Source of the DNA: a virus
Reading direction: 5' to 3' (one strand)
DNA: 64,000 bases
IMG/VR virus record: IMGVR_UViG_3300037063_000214
Positions 17,957-25,854 of the stretch are shown here, piece after piece. How positions within the stretch are numbered: the first letter of the stretch is position 1; each line of letters begins with the position of its first letter. Below the pieces are notes generated by a model. The model did not search any database, was not told where the DNA came from, and saw nothing but the letters and a program-made list of their open reading frames with translations. The position numbers were made by a program, and so were the translations under genes.

Positions 17957-19051
17957 TTATTTGTTAAACAAATCGTTGTAATCAGAGCCCGTTGTTCCGT
18001 TAGCTCCTACCCCAACACCGCGACCAAGGATCGGAGAATTTGGGAGTGTGGGTGATGGTGCTGCATTAATAGCCGCCTGTAAAGCATCCGCCGCCGTGGG
18101 GCGACTCGCGTCTGCATCCAACTTTGCGCCAAATTCTGTAAATTTCTCCTTAGCCCTAGTAGCATTGGCATCATTTTCAACATCGAAATCTGTAAGCATT
18201 TTTTCAGAGAAACGGTTAAAATCTTCAATTTCGCCTACAGTTCGTGCAGCATCATCGGCCATAAATTCAATTGCACTGTTTACCAGCTTCAACTGTTCTG
18301 GGTCTCCCTTAAGAATTCGGTCGGCAAATTTGAGCGCTTTCTGAGCATCCAGAATAGTTTCTCGTTGATCAGACCAGTAACTTACTTGGAAATCTGTTCG
18401 CTCAATCTTAGCATCAGTTGCCACTTCCCAGCGTCGAAATTTATCCAAGAGACTTTTAGTTTGCACTTCCAATTGGGACAACTGGTCAACTCCAGACATT
18501 AGGAATCCGGCTTTCTGCTGATTAGTAGTCGTCTTCATTTTGAAGCGATCAGCATCTAGTTGAGTTTTAGCTGCTGCTGCCATACGCTCAGCAGATTGGG
18601 CTTCTGCCATCAACTGCTTAATTGCCTCTTTGCGGTCGGATATCTTTCTAAGTAGTTTGCTATCACTGCCAGCCATCCGGCGAATTGTGGCACTTAATTT
18701 TTCTTTGCCCTTTTTCATATCATCGAGATTATTTTTTAAAATTCCGATGGGGTCAATTGTTACCAGGATACCGGCTACCCCACGACAAAAAGATTGGAAC
18801 ATGTTCTTGACAACACACTGAACTGTAGGGTTCAGAGCGAGCATTATCATCCCGATCAAAACCGCACCGAGTACACCCAGATATATCATGTTTGTAAAGG
18901 CGATTAGCAGGAAAGGGAGAGCTTGAAAAAACCCGTAAATACCAACCGCGGCTAGAGCGAGTAAAACGGGTATTCCAAACCATTTACCCTCTGGCCGACT
19001 GAAGAAAGACTTCGGGGAGAAATTGCTTAGATTCAAAGGTGTTGTGCTCAT
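17957..19051 (-). CDS. membrane protein with N-terminal TM helices and a long coiled-coil (TelA/PspA-like?)
   Basis: TM segments followed by a heptad-rich region. No specific motif identified. Confidence 0.35.
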   Translation of the reverse strand: MSTTPLNLSNFSPKSFFSRPEGKWFGIPVLLALAAVGIYGFFQALPFLLIAFTNMIYLGVLGAVLIGMIMLALNPTVQCVVKNMFQSFCRGVAGILVTIDPIGILKNNLDDMKKGKEKLSATIRRMAGSDSKLLRKISDRKEAIKQLMAEAQSAERMAAAAKTQLDADRFKMKTTTNQQKAGFLMSGVDQLSQLEVQTKSLLDKFRRWEVATDAKIERTDFQVSYWSDQRETILDAQKALKFADRILKGDPEQLKLVNSAIEFMADDAARTVGEIEDFNRFSEKMLTDFDVENDANATRAKEKFTEFGAKLDADASRPTAADALQAAINAAPSPTLPNSPILGRGVGVGANGTTGSDYNDLFNK

Positions 19052-19087
19052 ATATGTTTCGCTCCGTGGTTGGATTTTATTCCTGAT

Positions 19088-19741
19088 CTAGTGCGATAGC
19101 AGGGCCGCAAATTCCGCCTTCTGTTGATCAATTTCTGTCGCTCGGCGTTGTTGTGCCAAGGCGTATTGCGTTGTACCAGCAACGTGTTTATTCTGTTCAT
19201 CCGCTAACTCAGCGGCGAGCTGGGTATGTTGAGTTTCCAGGGCGGTAATTTGATCAGTGATTTGCTGTATTTTTGTCTGCCGGGATGTAATTTGAGTTTT
19301 TTCTCGTTCCTCGGCAAACTTAGCGAAATTATTCGCATCTGCTGCCAGAGCGGTTTTCAAGCCATCAAATGTGGCGAGGATTTTATCTGCCGTCAGACCG
19401 TCAAGCTTGGCGGCTTGCGCTATTGCCATCTTGAACTTAGTTTTAATGTCCATCGGCATACCTTCCATAGCGTCATAATACTTATGAATGGAGATACAAG
19501 CCGGTGTGGTTTCAAAGTTTGTTTTAGCGAGTACTTTCTGGTATACGCCCTCGTCTAGAGCCACGGAACCAGGTACCAAAAATGGAGATGGTGCTGCTGT
19601 AGGTGCAGTACCTGAATTACCTAAACCCGGAAAAGTAAAACTTGGAGTTGCACCTTTAGCTGGGGCAGCAGTTGAAAGTTTTTCATCTCCGGGTACCCAT
19701 ACCGCATGTGCCGCACTTTCCAACATTTCTTTAATTGACAT
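19088..19741 (-). CDS. hypothetical coiled-coil protein
   Basis: 217-aa ORF. Confidence 0.4.
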   Translation of the reverse strand: MSIKEMLESAAHAVWVPGDEKLSTAAPAKGATPSFTFPGLGNSGTAPTAAPSPFLVPGSVALDEGVYQKVLAKTNFETTPACISIHKYYDAMEGMPMDIKTKFKMAIAQAAKLDGLTADKILATFDGLKTALAADANNFAKFAEEREKTQITSRQTKIQQITDQITALETQHTQLAAELADEQNKHVAGTTQYALAQQRRATEIDQQKAEFAALLSH

Positions 19742-20160
19742 AAATCATCTCCATTGTGTATGATGTGGGTTTTTGCCGTATTGAACAAAATATTTTTTGA
19801 GTGTTGTTCCAGCGATTCTTTCGCTAATTTCGCCGCCAAGATTTTCTGTTGAGGCGTCATTGTGGATTCAGCGCTCATCTCCCTGACCCTCCAATTTTCG
19901 TCCGCTCCTTTACGGAGTCCACCCAGAATTTCCACAGCAGGTCGAGCAGCGGCTCTCCATTAACCGTATCTTCGGCATGGTGGCCGTGCCTCAGCAACCA
20001 ATCCTGAATCGACTCAATCTTCTGCGTCATGCTCTCCCCTCCGCTAAAACTCTTGTGCGGGCCGGATTGGAACCGATTAGCGTAAGGATTCGTAACCTAA
20101 ACCTTACCCCTTCATCCGGAGCGACCTAAATCGTTCCGCGTTAACGCCGCACCTAAAAGT

Positions 20161-20529
20161 TTATTGTTCTTGTGTAGCCAAGGCTGTAGGTGGCGTAGGC
20201 GGAATCTGTGACGGGGGAGGAATATTCGACATTCCTGATTCAGCTGCACCAACCAGAGCTGTAACTCCGTAGCAATAATCCCCCAAAGAGGCTACCGTTG
20301 TATCCGTATAAGTCTTTGCTGTACCGGTGAGTGATGTGGTTGTCAGGAGTGCGAAAGTTCCACAAGCTCCAGACGAATAAGTTGTTCTGTAGACATTAAT
20401 ACCTGTAGCCCCAGATGGGGGAGTCCAAGTCAAAACTACAGAATACGGATAAGAAACACCCTGTGCTTGGGAATTAACTCCCAAAACGAAGAAAAGTGCG
20501 ATAAACATAGTAACGATTTTCATTTTCAT
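20161..20529 (-). CDS. secreted small protein with an FN3-like segment
   Basis: Signal peptide MKMKIVTMFIALFFVLGVNSQA. Contains LTWTPPSGATGINVYR. Confidence 0.4.
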   Translation of the reverse strand: MKMKIVTMFIALFFVLGVNSQAQGVSYPYSVVLTWTPPSGATGINVYRTTYSSGACGTFALLTTTSLTGTAKTYTDTTVASLGDYCYGVTALVGAAESGMSNIPPPSQIPPTPPTALATQEQ

Positions 20530-20540
20530 ATTTTCACTCC

Positions 20541-22637
20541 TTACGCCTGCTCTGGAACAAAGTTATTTTGCGACATTTTAATGCCGCTATCGGACAAAGT
20601 TTTAACGAGCCAATCTTTCCCTACTTGTTTTATACCTAATTCTGCGGCTTTAGTCAACTTAGTTTTTCCCGCGTCATCACCAACGATCAAAAGATTTATT
20701 TTTTTGGTTACACCAGTTTTAGATTCGGCCCCTAAGCTAACAAGTTTCTTGATAAGAGAGTTTCTATCTTCGTCAAACTCCCCTGTAATGCAGAAAATAA
20801 TACCACTTAGAGGTGCCCCAGCTACTATTTTAGGCGTTTCCGGAGGAGTAGGACGCACACCTAAATTGAATAATGACAAACACAAAACTTTGTTGTCAGG
20901 GTTCGCCCCCCATTCAGATAAAGCTTTTATTTTCTGCGGCCCTATACCCTCAATTTTGTTCTCTTCCAAGTTTTGGGTAATTTGCCATAAATCTTTGAAG
21001 CTCTCTGGGGTGAGCTTAAAAAATGTCACCAAAGCTTTACCATGAGTTTCCCCAATCATAGGAATCCCCAAAGCTTTGATCCAACGCTCCCAAGGAGCGG
21101 TTTTAGCCTTCTCTAAGGAATCCAACATTTTGGGAAGAGTGGCATCAAATCCTATCATTCGAGCATAGGCGATAAATTCTTTATTTGTATCCATGGAGAG
21201 TCTTTTATCTTGGCATCTATTATAAAAATTAAAAAGCCCAGCCAGATCATGGATCCCTTCCTCTTTCACTAGTGTTCTTGCTGCTTCTGGACCCAACCCA
21301 TCGATTTCTAGTACATCCCTACTACCAATAAAAGCCAAATACCCCCGTAGAATACCGGGGCATGCTTGATTGGTACAAAAATGTTGAATGATGCCTACTC
21401 CGCCCTCATCCATCTCCACAACTTTTCCAGCGCATTCCGGACATTTTGTTGGTGGAATGATTTCATCATCCCCTTCGTCAATCACACGAACGATTTGAGG
21501 GATCACATCCCCGGATCGCAGCATTTCTACCTTTGCCCCCAGTTTCAAACCTTTTTCTTTAATCCAGGAGATGTTGTTAAGACTGGCGTGTTCGACCTTC
21601 GCGGAAGCCAGTATCACGGGGTCACATTCCGCAACAGGAGACAATTTTCCTGTTCGTCCTACCTGCCATTCGATGCTGCGTAGATACGTAGTACCAGAGG
21701 CAGATTGGGGTTTGAAGCAGGTTTGCCAGTTGGTATATTTAGAAGCAACTCCTAACTGTGTGCGTAAAGCATTCGAATCTACTTTAATGACTACGCCATC
21801 AGTTTCCAAGGAAAGAATATCACGAAGTTTAGTTGTGCGCTCCTTAAGTTTCTTCGCTAAAACAGCTCGTAGTGAAGCTTCATCTTCTACCAGTTCTCCC
21901 AAGGGAGCGACAAACCCCGCATCAACAAGCATATCCAAGCGGGCAAACCCACTATCATTTAAATCTGAACCTGTCACTTCCCAAGGTCTATATTCAAGGT
22001 CACGACTAGCTACAATTTTAGCGTCTTGCTTTTTCATGGTACCCGCTGTTAGATTACGGGTGGACTGATAAATTTTACCCCCATATTTTTGGGCCTCAGC
22101 GTTGAGACGTTCAAGGGTGTCATTCCGCATGACCATTTCTCCCCGAATGTCAAACACATTTGGAAAACTATTAGGTACTGTTTTTGGAATGGATTTGATC
22201 GCCATTACCTGTAAAGTGCAATCTTCTCCTTCACTGCCCGTACCGCGGGAAACGGCTTGATGCAATTTTCCATGCCTATACCTTAATTCTACGCTCACAC
22301 CATCAAATTTTGGCTCTAAGCAGAATTTGGCGTCGGGATATCCTGCCCATATTTTCTTAGCCCATTCCACAAAGTCATCAACAGTGTATTTGTTCTCAAT
22401 GCTGAGCATGGGACGGCTGTGCTTCACTCTTCCAGAGGCCGTTACATCGGAACCCACTGTATGGAGTACAGGGGCGAACACCTTCAATTGAGGATTAGCC
22501 GATATTATATCCGCCAACTCTTTTTCCTGAGCGTCATATTCAGCATCGGACATCACGGGTTCGCCCTTCTTGTAATAAGCGTCCCGTGCTTTTTCTAGTT
22601 TCGCGTTTAGCGCTGTGGTGTATTCTTGAAGACCCAT
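20541..22637 (-). CDS. ligA: NAD-dependent DNA ligase
   Basis: KxDG adenylation motif (EPKFDGVSVELRY), zinc-finger cysteines, C-terminal BRCT (FCITGEF...LLIVGDDAGKTKLTKAAELGI). Confidence 0.9.
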   Translation of the reverse strand: MGLQEYTTALNAKLEKARDAYYKKGEPVMSDAEYDAQEKELADIISANPQLKVFAPVLHTVGSDVTASGRVKHSRPMLSIENKYTVDDFVEWAKKIWAGYPDAKFCLEPKFDGVSVELRYRHGKLHQAVSRGTGSEGEDCTLQVMAIKSIPKTVPNSFPNVFDIRGEMVMRNDTLERLNAEAQKYGGKIYQSTRNLTAGTMKKQDAKIVASRDLEYRPWEVTGSDLNDSGFARLDMLVDAGFVAPLGELVEDEASLRAVLAKKLKERTTKLRDILSLETDGVVIKVDSNALRTQLGVASKYTNWQTCFKPQSASGTTYLRSIEWQVGRTGKLSPVAECDPVILASAKVEHASLNNISWIKEKGLKLGAKVEMLRSGDVIPQIVRVIDEGDDEIIPPTKCPECAGKVVEMDEGGVGIIQHFCTNQACPGILRGYLAFIGSRDVLEIDGLGPEAARTLVKEEGIHDLAGLFNFYNRCQDKRLSMDTNKEFIAYARMIGFDATLPKMLDSLEKAKTAPWERWIKALGIPMIGETHGKALVTFFKLTPESFKDLWQITQNLEENKIEGIGPQKIKALSEWGANPDNKVLCLSLFNLGVRPTPPETPKIVAGAPLSGIIFCITGEFDEDRNSLIKKLVSLGAESKTGVTKKINLLIVGDDAGKTKLTKAAELGIKQVGKDWLVKTLSDSGIKMSQNNFVPEQA

Positions 22638-22642
22638 AATTA

Positions 22643-22978
22643 TTAGTCCATAGACTTGTATATTGAGTATACCAGCTTAACGGTGACAGACGCAAGTGCA
22701 GCCATCACTAAAATTGATACAAAATAGTCAATTGGAGCCCAACAAGAGATCACGATTGGGTGATAAATACACACCAAAATAGCCGCAATCCACTGACTTG
22801 TACACCATGGGCAGGAAAGCAATTCGTCCAGCCAAGGGCTACGTAAACGTAACGCAGCATGTAGAGGGTTAAATATCGCCCCTTGGGTGATCAATGCACT
22901 CAGAGCACCACACGGGATGCTAAGGTATACCAGTTGGAATAAAGCGGATAAATTCATGGCTCTATGTGTCCGATACAA
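22643..22978 (-). CDS. small membrane protein (CPWCxSxW motif)
   Basis: 111-aa hydrophobic ORF. Confidence 0.4.
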   Translation of the reverse strand: MYRTHRAMNLSALFQLVYLSIPCGALSALITQGAIFNPLHAALRLRSPWLDELLSCPWCTSQWIAAILVCIYHPIVISCWAPIDYFVSILVMAALASVTVKLVYSIYKSMD

Positions 22979-23262
22979 TTATTGTAAAGACAGGCGTGGC
23001 AAGAACAACCCACTCTACAAGCTTGAATACGAGGTTTTTCAGCGCTAAATGATAAATCGGTGTACTGCCCAGTGTTAGGGCAAACACCCCTTGTGGAACG
23101 TATATCAATTTCAGTGTACTGAATTTCGAATCGCTGACGGGGATTTGAGATCTCATACAATTCACCCACAATGTCGCCTACAGGGTCAAGATGGATATTG
23201 ATCGGAGAAATACCTTTTCCTTTCTTTACAGGAATTGCCGGTTTTGTTTTCTTTTCCTGCAT
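22954..23262 (-). CDS. hypothetical Cys-rich protein
   Basis: 102-aa ORF. Confidence 0.3.
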   Translation of the reverse strand: MQEKKTKPAIPVKKGKGISPINIHLDPVGDIVGELYEISNPRQRFEIQYTEIDIRSTRGVCPNTGQYTDLSFSAEKPRIQACRVGCSCHACLYNNCIGHIEP

Positions 23263-23471
23263 TAGCGAACCGATTTCTTTTTAGCTATTGCTACACAACA
23301 GGGTGCTCTAAAATATTCTGGTATATTCTGGTTCGGGTGTTCAATTTCTTCAAGCTCCTTCAAAATATCATCCGCATCCCCTATGTCAATATTTGCATCG
23401 AGAGTTGGACCATGATTTTCTTGAGGGCGAGGTTTCTTTTCTTGTGGTCTTTCTTTTTGTACTTGAGACAT
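23262..23471 (-). CDS. Pup-like small protein lacking the C-terminal GGQ/GGE (possible Pup mimic or ARC-binding adaptor)
   Basis: MSQVQKER...DIGDADDILKELEEIE...EYFRA resembles M. tuberculosis Pup (MAQEQTKR...TDDLLDEIDDVLEENAEDFVRAYVQKGGQ), but ends ...APCCVAIAKKKSVR. Its start abuts the stop of the ARC-like ATPase. Confidence 0.45.
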   Translation of the reverse strand: MSQVQKERPQEKKPRPQENHGPTLDANIDIGDADDILKELEEIEHPNQNIPEYFRAPCCVAIAKKKSVR

Positions 23472-24983
23472 TTAGGAATCATACCTCTGTTTTGAACTTG
23501 GAATTGGAACAGCTACCAGTTGTGCCGTAGGTGAAGATGGAGAACGAACATCGATCTTCACCCCGTTATGGTACTGCTCCATAGCTGTTACTTGCAATTT
23601 TTGATTCTCAACGAACTCTCGTAGCTCATCCATGTGATTCATACCATACTGCTCTTTATGCATAGCTGTTAAAGCAATGTCGAAATCTTTTTGACACAAC
23701 CCATCAATATTTTTAGCGTCATTATTACGATCAATAGCAACCGCCGAAGCTCGCTCTACAATACCAGCGATGAGCGCTCCACTGACCAGACTACCTAAAC
23801 TGAAAACCCTAGTTCCTATAGTTGTTTCCAATTTATACAATGGATATTGTTCGCTAAAAAGTCTTTCATTGGTAGTTTTAATCAATTCCTCAGAGCTGAC
23901 CCCCTTGGATAAAGGAACATTCCGCATATGAATATTCCAAATGGATGGCGCATTTTCCTTCGTTGGGGGCGCTACATAAACTGGTCGATCTATACGCCCA
24001 GGACGAATTACAGCGGGATCCAGCGTATCAGCCCGATTGGTTGCCAAAAGCACAAAAGTCCCGCTATCTTCAATTCCATCCATTTCAGAGAGAAATTGGG
24101 GAACAATGGTTTGCTCCATGCCAGCGGATGTGCGGCTTCCCCGGCGCATTAAAATAGCATCTGCTTCATCAATGAATAAAATAGCAGGGTACCCGTATTT
24201 TTTGTAGTGGCGTTTACAAAAATCAAATGCCAAACGAATTTGACTTTCTGACTCACCTACATATTTATCTAAAATCTCCGGCCCTTTAATGTAAACAAAT
24301 CCGGATTCCACTGATTCTTTGCTGTGCATACGAGCCAAGGAACCTGCGGCCGCTCTTCCGATGAGCGTTTTACCGTTCCCTGCGCGACCCCACAAAAGAG
24401 CCCCTTTAACTTCTTTTTTGTGGAAATACTTAAAAATATCTTTTTTAACATAAGGAGTTTCCAGCGCTGCAATAATTGCCTTTTTAGCATCTTCGCATGC
24501 GCCAATATCATCCCAGGTTAAAACTGCATTCGTTTTAAAGGCAAATTTAGAAGTCTGATTTATTTTTTTGATGATGACATGGTTTGTACTGTCCATGATC
24601 ACATGATCCCCAATTTCCACGGGGACGGTAGCGTAATCAGTAGCCAATATACCAGATGGGGTATTAAGTTGGATTGTTTTATCGTCTATTTGGACGACAG
24701 TTCCAGATACCCCGTAAGTAGTGTAGTCGCTTACCCGAACAATTTGTCCCGTTTCGGGATGAACGTCTACTGACATTCCTACTTTTACTGGGATAGAACT
24801 TTCAACTTGATCTAACTCAAAAACTTGATTTGCCGTAACTACAATCACCGATTTATCCAAAACAGCGGTAACGACTCCCACATGATAAGCGGCGGCGGTG
24901 AGGCGTTTTAAAAGATTTTGCTGCTCCGTAATCTTTTCACGAGCATTATTGACAACAGCGATTTCCTTGTCAGTCATCGACAT
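23472..24983 (-). CDS. proteasome-associated AAA+ ATPase, ARC/Mpa-like (N-terminal coiled coil, tandem OB domains, AAA module)
   Basis: Walker A GRAGNGKT, Walker B ILFIDEAD. The AAA region aligns closely with Mpa, including the Mpa-specific inter-domain segment (SLARMHSKESVESGFVYIKGPEILDKYVGESESQIRLAF versus SLAKKM...[30 protein letters not shown]). Confidence 0.8.
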   Translation of the reverse strand: MSMTDKEIAVVNNAREKITEQQNLLKRLTAAAYHVGVVTAVLDKSVIVVTANQVFELDQVESSIPVKVGMSVDVHPETGQIVRVSDYTTYGVSGTVVQIDDKTIQLNTPSGILATDYATVPVEIGDHVIMDSTNHVIIKKINQTSKFAFKTNAVLTWDDIGACEDAKKAIIAALETPYVKKDIFKYFHKKEVKGALLWGRAGNGKTLIGRAAAGSLARMHSKESVESGFVYIKGPEILDKYVGESESQIRLAFDFCKRHYKKYGYPAILFIDEADAILMRRGSRTSAGMEQTIVPQFLSEMDGIEDSGTFVLLATNRADTLDPAVIRPGRIDRPVYVAPPTKENAPSIWNIHMRNVPLSKGVSSEELIKTTNERLFSEQYPLYKLETTIGTRVFSLGSLVSGALIAGIVERASAVAIDRNNDAKNIDGLCQKDFDIALTAMHKEQYGMNHMDELREFVENQKLQVTAMEQYHNGVKIDVRSPSSPTAQLVAVPIPSSKQRYDS

Positions 24984-25051
24984 TTTTGTTCCTCAAATCT
25001 TAGATGCTGAGTTTACCATAAAAGAATAATACTTTTCTAGGTCACAAGCTG

Positions 25052-25822
25052 CTAGTTCGGTTCGGGTAGCTTGGTAGGAAATAAGAATGTAAACTCAGCA
25101 GATGAAATTTCTTTGCGTTTACCATCGGGATCAGCAATAAAATACTGCTTTGGGTCATAACCCCTAATCTCCCCAGAAAGCTTCTCCCAAAGCTTTACCT
25201 GCCGCACTTTTTCGTAGCCTCCGAACTGCTGGCCCACCTTGTAAGCAGCATCATCTTCAGTCTGCACCACGTAGCCTCCGAACTGCGTATACTGACCCAC
25301 CTTGTAAGCAGCATCATCTTCAGTCTGCAACACCCGTTTTGCTAAGTGATATTTATATTGAAGTTTGTCATGCCATTTTGGGTGAGCGATTTTAATATTT
25401 GGAAGGCGTTTAAGATTTGTGAGGAGGTCTGCGATTTTAACTAGTCTTCCGCCTTTCGACGCGCGGGCTCGATAAATAAAATCACGATAAAATTCTTTTA
25501 TTCCATCGGATTCACGTCGGGTAACGGAATCTACGATATCTGCAACCACATCTCCGAATTCTTTACGAACCTGATCAAGAGAAAAATCAGTGTCTTCAAC
25601 CACATCGTGAAGTACAGCCGCTACTAAAAGTTGCTCTTTTGTAGCTCCATATAAAACGGGAAGGCAACAATCTGGAGTTTCATTGGGGGCACATTCCAGT
25701 TCTTTTTTTACAGCAAACATGACCTCTAAGCTGTGAAGAATGTGAGGGTCACCATCCGAGTCTATTTGCCCATGGTGTGCTTTCAGCGCCAGCTCAATAG
25801 CTATTTCGAGTAAACTACTCAT
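25052..25822 (-). CDS. HD-domain (p)ppGpp hydrolase-like protein (small alarmone hydrolase / Mesh1-like), with an internal 16-aa tandem duplication
   Basis: HHGQ...DPHILHSLEV and AAVLHDVVEDTD match the RelA/SpoT HD hydrolase signatures. A 48-bp tandem DNA repeat near 25215-25310 encodes a duplicated ...TEDDAAYKVGQ. Confidence 0.7.
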   Translation of the reverse strand: MSSLLEIAIELALKAHHGQIDSDGDPHILHSLEVMFAVKKELECAPNETPDCCLPVLYGATKEQLLVAAVLHDVVEDTDFSLDQVRKEFGDVVADIVDSVTRRESDGIKEFYRDFIYRARASKGGRLVKIADLLTNLKRLPNIKIAHPKWHDKLQYKYHLAKRVLQTEDDAAYKVGQYTQFGGYVVQTEDDAAYKVGQQFGGYEKVRQVKLWEKLSGEIRGYDPKQYFIADPDGKRKEISSAEFTFLFPTKLPEPN

Positions 25823-25854
25823 GCTATTATTATACAGTTGAAGCAGGGGTTTGT

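Noticed and set aside
20041-20160. tRNA-like signal (GGTTCCAATCC T-loop, GTAAGG/CCTTAC hairpin) in the intergenic region upstream of 19621-19935
   Set aside because: No consistent acceptor stem or anticodon arm could be built, and the length does not fit a tRNA. Possibly a degenerate remnant or a structured leader, but not callable.
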